NCBI GenBank assembly: GCA_050273025.1 | Contig: CP158636.1 | Coordinates: 10,416,001 to 10,480,000 of the forward strand | Source of the DNA: Cenococcum geophilum | Lineage: Eukaryota | Reading direction: 5' to 3' | Length of the DNA stretch: 64,000 nt | In this document: positions 48,953-62,400 of the stretch, in pieces | Numbering within the stretch: position 1 is the first letter of the stretch | How the letters are laid out: every line of letters starts with the position of its first letter | Made by a program: the position numbers and the translations under genes | The notes under the pieces: generated by a model | What the model saw: the letters and a program-made list of their open reading frames with translations, nothing else | The model's database searches: none | What the model was told of the DNA's origin: nothing

Positions 48953-51900
48953 TAGCCGTTATATAAGAATATATGCCTAAATAGGTGGAAGCTCGGGCTC
49001 TTTAAAAGAAAGATATAAAAAGTATAACAAAGTTCCTCTATAAAGATATTATCTACTAATAGGGAGTATTTAGACAGCTCTCTATAGATAGAGGAGGAGA
49101 GAATGCTAATATTACCGCTATACTTGTAGAGCTCTATAATATAAAAAGGGTTATAGCTTCCATATATTACCTACCAGGGCAAGGCTTAATAGAGCGAGGT
49201 TATAAACCTATAGTGGACGCTTTAGCGAAGATGGATGGCTTATAGCTAGATAATCTTTATACTGTTTTATGGGCGGATAGAATAACTATTAAGCGGTCTA
49301 TGGAAATAATACCAGCGAGAGTTATATACGGGTATAAATATGTCCTTCCCGTTAAACTCTATATACCAATATAGTAAACGCAGCCTTAGTAAACAGTCTA
49401 GACTATTATAGAGCTACTAGCACTTTATATAAGGCAGTTTAACCAAAGAGACGTAGATATATAAGAGGCTATCGTATATATAAGACGGCTAAGGGTAGCA
49501 AATAAAGAGTATTTTAATAATACCTATTATATTCGCTAGGACGGGTTTAAGGTTAGAGATATAGTTATACTCTATAATATATAGCTTAAGCAAGATTATT
49601 CTAGCAGTTGTAAATTGGATCTAAAATAGCTTAGCCCGTTCCGTGTACGTAAGAGTTACCTATATAAAGGATAGTACTTAATTAAGGATCTTAATAGTAC
49701 GCTGTTCCGTAATTAAACCCCAGGAAATAGATTAAAGAAGTTCTATTAATAATAGATATCTAAGGTCCGTTAGGAGGACTGGCTTAACTAGTTAGGTAGA
49801 ACTATATTATAAGAAATAACAGCAGAGCTAGAGCCTAAGGAAGATATTATACAAAATCCACTAGTATCGCAATGCCGCGTAGTTTAAAAAGTGCGTATTT
49901 TAGAAAGATTGTTTAACAGAACTAAGTATAAAACGTTTAATTAGAGGATAGTTAAGTTTTAAAGTAGGGGAGGAGACGCAGATAACAATTATGCAGTTTA
50001 TCAATTTATCCGTTTATTCGCCGTATTCCCTAAATCTCTTTCTATTATACTTTCTTATTTACTTTTTAATTATAGGAATCTAATACGTATTAATAGTAAG
50101 GTAAGGATAGAAGAATGTTTGTATATAACTATTTAGTATTATTTACTACAAAGATATTAGTTCCGCTTACCGCCTTTACTAAGCTAATAGCGATTTTCTA
50201 TCCTAGGGATAGAAAATTATAATTAGTTTATTTAACGATTAGAGCTAGCAGAACTCTATACCGCTACCTAGATTTAGTAGACTATTTAGATTAGGAAACC
50301 CTATTAAGAACTTTACCTTTTCGCCCTTAATAAACCTTAAAAATAACCGTAATTAGCTAAAGTATAAAACTAAGCAGAATTAATAATAGTATACTTATTA
50401 TGTCTTTGTCTAGCAAACCACTAGTACTATATAAAGAAGCTAAGTAACAGATTAGTAATATCCTTATAGAAGTTAGAGGCTTTGCAGTCAATTAGCGTTA
50501 TATAGTGCTTATCTAAATCTATAACAAGATTCTGCTCTTAAGAGAGAACTACGCAGATACTACTAGTATAGTAGTTAATTTCGTTAATTATAATAACGGG
50601 TTATAAGCATCTCTAGAAAAGGACGCGTTTTTATAATCTTTAAGGACATCTCTAACGTTAGTAAGATGGTAAAAGATTAAAGAAATTAGTATAATAAAGC
50701 CAGAGAAACTATCCGAAAAGCTTAGGGATAGAATATTCTTAACGGACCGCTAAAATATACAGTCTTCTACTACTTCCTTTCTACCGCCTAAAAGCTTACC
50801 GTCCACCTACTTTATAAAGTAATAGCGCGAGTTAATAAAGCCCTAGTTAAGAGGCTTAATTATCTAAAACGCGGTATTAAGAATACTACTTAACTATAGC
50901 CGACCAACTTTGCGCTCGCGCCTAAAATATTAGGAAGAGTAATATTAGACTAGGTGGTAAATAAGTATAGTTTAAAAAGACACTTAACTAGCTTTTTTAT
51001 TCTAAATAAGAACCTATTACTAAGAAGTAAAAGGCTAACTATAGTAGGACCAGAGGTTACTAATATTAGAATTAGATAGGTAGGAGAGAGCTTAGCTCTT
51101 ATACTGTAAATATATTTAGTATATACTTCCGACGTAATAAATCCTTTAGCTTTTTAGCCGTTAACACCTATTTAAGGAGGAGGCGTTAGTATTATACTAA
51201 GCCCATCCTAATAGGGATCGCCTATATTAGTTAACTCGCCTTTATTATCTATAAACGAGAGCATTCTTACAGCTAGAACGCCTGTTAGCTCGCCCCTATA
51301 GCTACCAGTATCTTTATTAAGGAGGAATCTAAAAAAAGGGTTAATAATTGCTTACCCAAAAGTAGGAGGGCTGGGGGTGGCATTAATATTTAATAAGAAC
51401 GTTATTAAGCCGGGAGATAATAAGGAGTATATTAAGGAGGCTATAGATGCTATAGTAATACTCCGCGTAAAACGAGGATATAACTATAAGGATAACATAC
51501 CCGCTTATCTTAAGGCGTCCCTAAATTAAACTACTAAAATTAAACTAACTAAGGTTATAAAGCTCTTGCGTAGTTAGTATAGGGTAGCTAGTTCTAATCT
51601 AAAGGTATATAAAGTCTACTAGATGTATACGTAAGCTATAGAAGGACGTATAGGTTTAGTAATAAAGGGTCTAAACTATACCGCACTATATTATAGACTC
51701 TATTTAATATATTACGCTTATAACCACCTTAGCACCATAAAGACTAATCCTACTACGTACTCTTAGTTTAGAAAGGCTTATAAACCTCTAGTTCCGTCCA
51801 ACTCCTTAGGACCGTATAAGTTTATTTATAACTTAGCGCTAAAAATTTTATATAATAGAGAGGCTTTGCTTAATTAGATAATATTACTAAAAGACTAAAA

Positions 51901-53404
51901 AGTATGGCAGTGAGAAGGATCTGTAATTTTAAATATATTTAAATAGTAGTAGGATTCTAGTATCTTAGCGATAATTAATAAGGAAATGCGTATACACCGC
52001 CACTATTAGCGTCTAATTAATAGGCGGCTAAATTATAGCTAGTTAAGAATAATGGTCTACGGTCTCTACTAATAGCTAATAAGATAAAACCCTTAGTATT
52101 ATTATCTTTATTACGCTCTTAGACCTAATAGCTAGTAGCAACTTATTTCCTATCCTTATTATATAAAATTCGCGATTAAAGAAGACTCTATAGCTTTTCG
52201 CCATATTAACGTTAATATTCCCTCACTCCTTAAAAGTAGACGCGGTGTTAATATAATCTAAGGGAGCGTTTCTCTAAATAATAAGACTAAGGATAACTAC
52301 ACGATTATCCTACCCGGTATATATTATTACTTAAAATTATAGTAGGCAGATCTTAAAGCGTAAGGATTAACTAAAGGCGACAGATTTATATATAAAATCT
52401 TAGACCATAACTAGACTGCTAAGGACGTAGAGAAATATGCAACTAACTGGGTAGCTTAGCTATATAAGAAAGGAGATATGCATATAACTATACTTTACCT
52501 TCCTTATAGAGCGAAAGGGCCTTTAACTAGGACCCGGCGAACAATACTGCTATAGTTTATTAGTATTTAGGATGATTATAATAACCTTAAGGTCACTAAA
52601 GAAGGTACTTAGGTAGAGTTAGTAAATACGCACTAAGACTTAAAAGCGCCGCCTTATACGCTGTCTAGATATACTAATCTCTACGGCGTAATTCTATATC
52701 GCTTCCCTATAGCAGTTAAGCTTATAGCTACCAGCGCTCTATCTAACGCCCTTCTTGGTAAACAATAATAAGATTCTCTAATAGTAATCTAAGATTATAA
52801 TCTTCTTCTTACCGGTAACGGGAATAAAGTTATAAAATAAATGCATTCCTATTGTCTAAAGGTCGTTAAGAACTATAAGGATGTGTTTTAGCTTATATAT
52901 ACAACTAAAATAGAGCGCTTTAACAGCTATTTATACTTCTACTACGTTAACAATAGAATTGATCCTTTAACTGTTACGGTAGATCTAAGTAGAGTACCCC
53001 TAATTATTACAGAAGGACAGAGTTATATAAAGTTACCTAAAGAATTATAGGATAAAACCAAGTAAGTAGAAGAACGCGAAAAAGCTATATTATCTAAGAG
53101 CCGCTAGTCTAATATATCTTATACTACTTAGCTAGGCGGACGAGAATAGTCTCATTTAACCAGAACGGAGTCTCCTTATTTACTATTTTAGGTTTATAGT
53201 AAGGGCAAGGAACGTATACAATTACCTTCTACGCCTTTATTTTAAAGATAAGGAGTTTTAGAGTTTTAGAAGTCGTTAGGGGACAACAACTTAGGTAGGG
53301 GAGGTATATAGTGGTGTAATTTAGCCCCTTAGATTTAATATCTAGATTAGGCGTAGCTTTAGGAGAGCCTAGGCCTTCTATAGTTATATAGGTCGGTTTA
53401 AAGC
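48953..53404 (+). mobile_element. 3' half of a non-chromoviral (Ylt1-like) Gypsy element C: integrase, long extra ORF, PPT, start of 3' LTR
   Basis: Integrase de-RIPs to WVEARAL...KFLYEDIICRWG...VDGGGEN...YHPPGQGLIERGHKPIVDALAK (~48980-49230). Purine tract aggtaggggagg ~53293 precedes tgtaatttagcc at 53315, cut by A2 at 53405. Clade assignment is from motif recall. Confidence 0.75.
50400..53250 (+). pseudogene. Accessory ORF of element C with a 2OG-Fe(II) dioxygenase (PhyH-like) domain at ~51900-52800, RIP-disrupted
   Basis: Single frame ~51480-52800 de-RIPs to LISYPYY.KF..EDSTAFRHIDVNIP...GRG.NMIQGSVSLDDE..DNCTIILPGMH...CKKGDVRITMPHLPHGAKGPSTGTRRTMLPWF: HxD at 52202-52210, distal His codon 52505, Arg 52535-52540. 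Ends approximate. Confidence 0.72.
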
Positions 53405-56400
53405 TATTACGGACGCTTTAAGTACAATATTACGACTACTTAGAGAAAAATCGGAAGAAGCTAGTTAGTTAATACAGGCACGGTCTAGGATAGATCCGGT
53501 AGAACTATATAACGAGGAATAGTAACTAAGGTCATATAATATAATCTGTATAATCTATATAATCTATATAATCCGTAACAGAGTAGATAAAGTAAATAGA
53601 GTAAACAGAGTAAGGACTTTCTTAGGCGTAGTTTATATATTTAAAGGACCTCAGTCCCTACCTAGATTGTTTCTTTCTTTGTAGTAAATCTTAGAATATA
53701 ATTAAAGTTAATCTATTGGGCAACCACTCCACTAGTTATGTTTACGTTGTTAACTATTATTTTTACCTATATACCTAGCCCATTAACAAGTTCACCGTAG
53801 TTCCTACTATAAGGCTTTATTACACATTTACTACCTAGTTATAGTATTAATAAAAGAGAGTTAAATAACATGCTACCAAAAGCACTAGTTACGACGCCGT
53901 TAACGGCAGCAACCACCTTAAGGACGAGTGGTAATACAAGTATGCAAGACACTAATTCGCAACTAGTTATAGTTAGACAGTTACAAGAAATAGTTAATTA
54001 ATTAAACGATAATAATAAAATACTTAAAGAAAGACTTAATGCGGTTAGAGCAGCAAAGGTTAAGTTACTATTAATTAAGAGATTCGCAGGTAAGAAGTTA
54101 AAGCTTAAGGGATTTCTAACACAGATGTATTTTAAGGTTATATAAGAAGCAGTAAAGCTACTAATATTTATGGACCAAGTAGCGTACGCAGGACTATTCC
54201 TAACGGGACGAGCACTTAAATGGTTTAAGCTATATCTTACGGAGATATAAGTAAACGGCATGGCTACTACTAATTAGGAAGTACGGTTTATATTCTTTAG
54301 TTAGGGAGGATTTGCGGAACGATTAATATAAATATTTAGAGATCTAGAAGCAACAACTATAGTAGAAAGAAAGTTACAGAACTTACTATAAAGGACTTTA
54401 GCAATTAAGTATACAATATAGTTTTAAATACTTGCTATATAGGTTAAATGGAATAATAAGGCGCTTATAGTATAGTATAAGTAAGGGCTTAAGGCAAAAG
54501 TGTAGGACGTAATTATCCTAATAAAAGATGCGGACACCTTATGGGAATTAATAGATTAAGTAATAAAGATCGATAATAGAATTTACTAAAGGGAACTAGC
54601 TAAGAAAGGGCAAGATAGAGTCCTATAGTTATATAAGGCGCAAAGCACGCAATAACCGACACAGAGTTAAAAACTATAGAATAGTGGACTAGAGCTAATG
54701 GACCTAAGCAGTACTAAAGAATCTAAAAAATGGAATTAACTATAGAAACCTAGAGGTTAAGGATTAAGTAATTATAGGATCACGGAGCGTAGGCCAAACT
54801 AAGGATTTTAGTAAAAGAAGATGTTTAAGCGGACTCTATAGCAGAACGAATGGTTTAAAAACAGAGCTTATATAAATTACGGAAAATAGGGTTATTTTGC
54901 CAGAGACTATAAAGATAGTTAGAGATACTATGCGGTAAAGGGAACTAGGCTAGTAGAAGACATATATGTATAGAGGGATAATAGTGTACTACAAGGAACA
55001 AAAGAATGTTTAATTAGAAGTTTTGCATTTTATTATAACAATATATGCCTAATTTATAAGGACGCTAAGTATGGCGTAAGCTATTGGCTATAGGAGCTAG
55101 AGTTAAGAGGACTTAAGGGAACTAAAGAGTTAGATAAAGAATAAGATTAACTCTATAAGCTAGATTAAAATGTTACAGTAACGTGTAGATAATAATTAGT
55201 AATAATAATAATGGAGTTAAAGTACTTATTAATTAATAGTAATGAGGAAGATAAAGGGACTAACTAGGGGTACCTAAGCCTTAGACACGTAATAGAAGTA
55301 GAGACTAAGACCGCTATAGAGCAAGGTTTAGTAACGGGTATTATAATACCGTTGGATACGGTATCCATTACTTTATAAGACGGAAGGAGCAATATTAAAC
55401 AAAGATTAGGTAGATAAACGACTATTAGTGCTAGCTTACCACTTAATAAAGGCAAAAGGCTAAAGGCTTAAGATTCTTAAAATGAGATAAGAGACGACTA
55501 AAATTCTTAAGATAAGATAAGGTATGCTTAGGGACCTATAATGGACGATAACTAATAGAGCAGAGTAACGGCTTAGTTTAATAATATGTAAATAAGCTTA
55601 GGACGAAGTTTCCTAAAGGTATAAGATTCTTAAAGCGAGATAAGTAAGATTTAAGATTCTTAAGATAAGATAAGAACACTAGTAAAGCCTAATTAGACTA
55701 AGGCTAGAGCACAGCTTAAGAAAGAAGCGAGCTTAGGATTAAAGAATCTAAGGGACTAAAAATTTAGAGTATGAATCAGGACACCCACAACAATTAAGAA
55801 GTAAGAAGACTTTAAGGATCTAGCTATAAGACGTAGATACTAAGAAACTATAGATGAATTTAGAGTAAGAATCCTTATATAGTAAGAACAGAAACTAGAC
55901 ATAAGATCTAGTATACTAGGCCGTATATAAGATAAAGTACTAGTATAAAGAATTACTAATAGGCCGAAAGTAGGCACGCTAAGAGCTAAGTAGCTTACTA
56001 AACTAGAAAATAAAGAGGATCTAGGGATTCTAACTAGGTTTGAAGAACGGTATATAAAAGGCTATTATAACGTAGTAATAAGAAGATACTTCCTTACGGA
56101 TAAGCCGTATATACTCTAATAGTTATACTAAAAGTGGTATAGGCAAAGACATAATAACAAGTAGGAAGATTTCTATATATAGTTAGACAAGAGAGTTATC
56201 TAGGACTACCCAATTATAGAAAAAGCAATAAATTATATTAAGGGAGCCTTAATTATAATATTAAAAGATCTAAAGTAACGATTAGAGGACTGGAGAAGTG
56301 AGAGATATATCTTAGTACCTGTAAATAAAGTTGTAACGTTTAGATTAACATAATAAAGGTTTAAACTTAAGGATAAAGATAAGTTAAGAGTTAACCTAAA

Positions 56401-59400
56401 GCACCTAGTATACTATACGCTATTATGGATTACATGTGTAGATAATATATGCAAAATATAAAAAAATCTAAAAGAGAGAAACTGGAAATACTCTATAAGG
56501 ATATATTAGGCGCTAGATAAGCAATAGTATAGAAATGCTAAGTATATACACAGCTGGCATCTAGTAGAAGTTTAGGAGTTAGGAGACTTAATACTTTAAC
56601 TAGGAAAATTCCTTATAGAAGAATACTTAGACGAATAATAGTAGTGGGAATACCTAAAGAATACGTATCTATAGTATATAGAGGATAAAAAGCGAACTAG
56701 GTATTAGCTAAAAAGCGAGCCAAGCGTAATAGGATCTAGCAGCTAATAGTTAGGAAAAGTGGAGGCCTATAGGACTAAAGGGAGCTAGTAGTAGAGCCTT
56801 AGACCCTTAAAGGAATTTAAGAATAACACCTAAATTTATAAGTCTATCTCTCGTTGTTATCTCATACACAGGCGAAATATGGCTCATTTTGAAAGGATTT
56901 TTAATGGATGGGGGTGTAGGCTATTTAGGGTCTCGCATAGCCACTTACTAGCTACTAAATAGCTGTAAGAGGCCTAGCGAAGACCCTAAATGCCCAGCCG
57001 CAAGCCTAACGGGCTGTAATAAAGCTAAAGTACACGGTTTCTAGCGTGAAAAAAAAAGAAAAGGGACGGTGGGTGGGTAATTAATGAATAGGCTAATATT
57101 ACGTTGTGTGCGAGATAATAATAAAGCAGTAGAGTGAATAATCTATCTAATAGAAGATGGAAGATACTTTGTGCTAAGCGATGTATAGACACGTAATATT
57201 TATCTCTCATTGTTATCTTATATATAGGCGAAATATGGCTTATTTTAAAAGGATTTTTAATAGATAGGGGTGTAGGCTATTTAGGGTCTCGTATAGCCAC
57301 TTACTAGCTACTAAATAGCTATAAGAGGCCTAGTGAAGACCCTAAATGCCCACTAGCGAAGCGCCTGCGCCCATTAAAAGAAAGGTAGTTTGGCATACTT
57401 TTTAGAAAAGTGCGTCAGCCAGGCTAGGCTTTAGCGCTATATACTAATAGTGGAATACCGCGCTGAAAGTAGTTATTTAACTTTAATAATGCTGCGTCGC
57501 TATCCTTGTAGTATAGCTTAACTGCATTAAATTTCTATCTCCTAAGTAGGCCTAGCTAAGCTTTAGCAAAGCCGTAGTCCCTAGTGTATTAAGCAGCGCC
57601 TCGTTAGAAGGAGTGGTTAGTATAGTTGTTAGGCCGTATTCCCGCGTTAAGTAGTCTGGCTTAAAGGATTGCTTAAATAGAGCCCTTTATAAATGGCTTG
57701 GTGTTAAGAGTAAACAAGGGCGCCGAATCTGGCTAAGGATCCTAATTTTAAAGCCTAACCATCGCCGCTACTGCACACAGCGGGTCCCCTGGCTGTGCTA
57801 AGATTTAAATTTTTACTCTAGAGTGCGAGGTATCCGTCTTACTCCGTTTAAGGTATAAAACTATTAACGATTAATCCTTTATAATGCTAACGTTGTTATA
57901 AATAGCCTTTGTTTAAACGAAGGCCTTTAAGCGGAGTTCAGCGGCTATATACAAAATTTCTCCTATCTAAAGGAAACCTGCAAAGGCGACGGTAAAGGCT
58001 GCATTAATATTAATATCCTACTTTAAGCAACCGCCTATAACAATTTAAGTAAGAATATCCTGTGTAATCGGCAGCTTTTCCTTTTTTTTCTGTAGAAATA
58101 AGGACCTAGCCCCAGTAAGCAAGCGTTTTATAAATAGATCGTTAAATACTGTAATAGAGTATCCAAAGTCTATATGCTTTAACCGTAGTGTAAAGACGTA
58201 ATTGGATAAGGTTAAGGGGAAGACCTATTACATAGTAGGCGTCCTAAAGGCACGCCGTGCGATCCACTCGCCTAAGTGGGGCTTTTGGACTGGGTACGGC
58301 TGTAACAATTATAAGGCGCAGAAGGCCTCCTAGCTGTTCGTCGCGGATAAGTACCTAGCTCTTGTTTCGGGTGCTAGGCCGCTCTATAGTGGCATAGCAA
58401 CTAATAAGGAGGAGCCGATTATATTAGCGAAGCCGTCTAGTACTAAGAAGGGGGCAGGTTTATAAACTAACGGTGCAATTAGCGAAGCATAAAGTTGGAA
58501 GTATTCTAGTACGGGCATAGGCGAGATATCTTATTGGTTAAACCCCGAGAGAGAGTATCTGCTAGGCCGTTGTTAACACCAGGCACCTAGGAAGTAGTAA
58601 TCTCGATATCGTATTACACGGCGGCTAAGATAACAGCTTAAAGGGAGAGGTTGCCTAGTTCTTTAAGTATAGTCTTAACTAGGCCTTATAAAGCCACGAG
58701 GCTATCTATATGGATAAAGACGGAGGCTCCTTTCTAGTTCGGTGACTATTAAGTAAAAGCCTTGCCGATCGCATGCATCTCCTTCTAATTAATATAATCT
58801 TCCACCTAGCGATTAAAAGGGAGTGTTGTAAATACATTATATTATAGTAAGGTAGTTAAATATGCAGGCTAGTGGTCTAATTCGGAAGACTTATAAAAGT
58901 AGAACCTACTATAACTAACCTATAATAAAGCATCTGTAAAGAAATGGAATATATCTTAATATAAGTCATCCAAAAAACGTATCCCATTGCTGATAATTAG
59001 AGACTCCCTCTATAATTAGAGGTTGTTTCTAACTTCTAAACTAAATCTCCTTAGTATATAGCGCTTTAAATGCGCAGGCCAATTCGTTATAAAGGTCTAC
59101 AATAACCGCGAATATGACCTTCTAAGTTAAATAACTACTGCGCTCTATAAGAGCTAGCTAGATAGTTACTGTGCCTAGTAAAGAGAGAGAGAGCTATGGT
59201 AAAGCGCCGCATTAATCTAAATAAGCGCCTTCTCTTACTTCTCCTCGGAGAGGCGGATTTCTATTAACGCCGTATTAATTATATAGCCTAATACAATAAC
59301 TTTAGTACCCTCTACATCCTTTAAGTCATTTTAAGAGACTCCTAATTCGTCTATAACTTTAATATACGTTTAGGCCGTATATACGGCATTAGTAGCGTTC

Positions 59401-62400
59401 TGGATAATAAAGATAAAATTATCGAGATAGTATTTAATTAGGAAGGCTAGTTTAGTAGCGAGTATCTAATATAAACCCTCCGCGAATAAATTAAATAGAA
59501 AGGGCGCTGTCCGAAGACCAAATAATAAGTAGTATTCCTTATACGTAATACCCCTCTAGTGGAAGCCTATTAGGCGACGTAATTAGATTAAAAGTGGTAT
59601 ATTCTAAAAGGCATCCTTTAAGTCTCTCTTAATTAATATACAGCCGCGGCTGGCCTTACGTATATGTTTAAGAATGGCGCTAACTGTAGTGTATTTAAGC
59701 GCGCTAAACTTAGGTAGGATATAATAGTTAACCGAGTCTTCTATAGGGGAAGAGAGATTATATATACGCCGCCATCCGCTATTACTTTTAGGTACTAGAT
59801 CTAAAGGGGAAGTAATAATAGGAGATAAGGCGACTTGAATATGGCTAAGTGCTAGGTCTTCGGCTATTTTCTAAAAAATAATACCGGGGTCTTTAAAACA
59901 AGAGATCTGGTTCTTATAATTACGTACCCGTAGGGAGAGATTGGAGCCGATCTTGTACCTAAAAGTAAGGATACTAACTAGGATTGAAAGGAGGTGCCCT
60001 AGGTAGTCTGCTAAAAGCGTAGCCTAGGCCTAAATCCGTAGTAGTAATAGCGAGTTAATGAAAGGGTTCGTCTGGATAAAGGGCATAAATTAAGGCGTTG
60101 TATTAGGGCGCGGAAGTTAAATCTCGGAGGCCGTTAATAGTCGGCCGCGGCCTATAAAAACACTATAAATTGCTAGGATATCGTCCGAATCCTCTACTTT
60201 AGGACTTAGGGATTGCTATAAGGCACACTTCCTACTAGAGGCTAAATACTAGCTACCGTATTTGCTGCACCTATACTCGAATTTATATAGATCTTTTAGG
60301 CAGGGCGTACCTTTATTAAAGTTATTGCAAGTATTTAATACAAGAGGCGGTAAGGTACGAGTGTTGGTCCTAGGTCTTTTTCCGGCAGCGCCTTAAATAG
60401 TAAGTCCTTTCTTAAGCATTATAAAAGGCGTAGTAAAAGTGTATTAAAACAAATCGGGTATAGTTCAATTAGTAGGCTCTAATTAGCCATAGTTTATAAC
60501 AACCCGATAGTATACTAAGGCCAGATTAAGTACCGCCCCTTTCTATATATAGAAACCTAAAAGAAATTGAATCTTATTTATAAAATATAGCATAGCGATA
60601 TATAGGCCTGGGGGGCATTAGCAAAGTAATAAGATAATAATAATGTAATTAGTAAAGTATTTAAAATAGATCTTGGAAGAATGTAGTGGTTTTAAGTCGG
60701 CTTTTAGCGGGCCAGTCTCTAGCCAACCATTTTCCAGTATAGTAACATTGCTGCGGTGTTAATAGCGTGCATGGGACCGTAGTTTAGCAATATTATTAGG
60801 GTCGAAAGAGCTTTTCTATATAGTAAGAAGATCCTTTTCATGAAGACCTGGGATCTGGAGGGTAAGGTCTTGTGTAGCTAGAGGGAGTTTAATAGACCTA
60901 CCTTCGGGCGCCTTAGGTTTACCTTGGCCTGCGGTAGGAGTATTTAATCTAGCCATCGTGGCCGCGTAAACTTCTGCCTGTCTTTTTATTTAAAGGCGAT
61001 GTGCCTCTGCCTTACGAGCATCCTTATTTGCCAAGCTCTTAATATATACTGCGACGAGAAGCGCGTTTGGGTCTTTTATAAGTGTATAACGGGCCAGTGG
61101 GTTATGGCGAGAGGCCAGAGGAGATGGGGTAGGCATTGTGTCTTTAGTAGCTATAGCTTTAGAGTCGCTACGAAGTAATTAATGCGGTAAGATTAACGAC
61201 TAACAACGTTGAGATTGGGTAGAAACCCTAGGGCGCTGCGTATTCGGAACGCGCGTAGACATTAAAAACGATTAGCACGCTAACGGCATAAGATTAAGCT
61301 ATCTTAATTGATGAATAGGCTAATATTATGTTGTGTGCGAGATAATAATGAAGTAGTAGAGTAAACAATCTATCTAATGGAAGATGGAAGATACTTTGTG
61401 CCAAGCGATGTATAGACACGTGACATTAAATAGTAAGATTAACAGTTTAAAGCACTAATAGATAGTGGAGTAATAAGGAACCACATCTTACTAGTAGTAG
61501 TTAAAAGGATGGGGCTACCGCACAGATAGAAGGAGCACCCTTATCTATTAGTTACGATTTTAGGAGATCTAATAGCCTATAGAGGAGGCATTATTAATCT
61601 TAAAATAGGACCTATTTAGCTAACTATTAAAGAGAAACAAGTTAAAATGTCTTTTAATATCCTACTATTAGGGAAGGATAAGGTAGTGTTAGGAATGCCT
61701 TAGTTATAGAAATATAATCTAATAATTAATTAGGTTATAGAATAGGTTAATATTAGAGATACTTAACGTCGTAAGATATAATAACAGACTAAGATGGTAT
61801 AGTATTAAGTTAGAGCAACTTACAAAAAGACTAATTAAGGATTAAGTTATGTACTAAAGAGATACTATAAGTATAGTAAAAAGTTATAGTTACCAGAAAG
61901 TGAGAAGCTGTTAGAGTATATAGCATAGGATTATAAGATAGAATTGGAACTAGGAATAAGTCTAAAGTTCTTTCTAATCTATAAGCTAACTAAAGAGGAG
62001 TTAAAAGCTTTAAAAGAGTTTATCTAGGAAAATCTATAAAAGGGATATATCCGACTATTGCAGTTATTAGCGGGATATCTAGTACTGTTCGTACTAAAGA
62101 AAAATAGAAAACTAAGACTATGCATTAACTATAGATAGTTAAACAGCATTACCAAAAAGGATAGGTATTCTTTACCCTTAATTAGCGAAATTTAGGATAG
62201 GATAGGCAACGCGTAAATCTTTACGAAGATAGATCTAAGATAGGCGTACCATTAAATTAGGATTAAGGAAGGCAATAAATAGAAAGCAGCCTTTAGGTTA
62301 AAGGAAGGACTATATAAGCCATTAGTTATATAATTTGGGCTTATAAACGCACTAGTGATATTCTATAAGCGGATTAATAGTGTATTAGGAGAACACCTTA

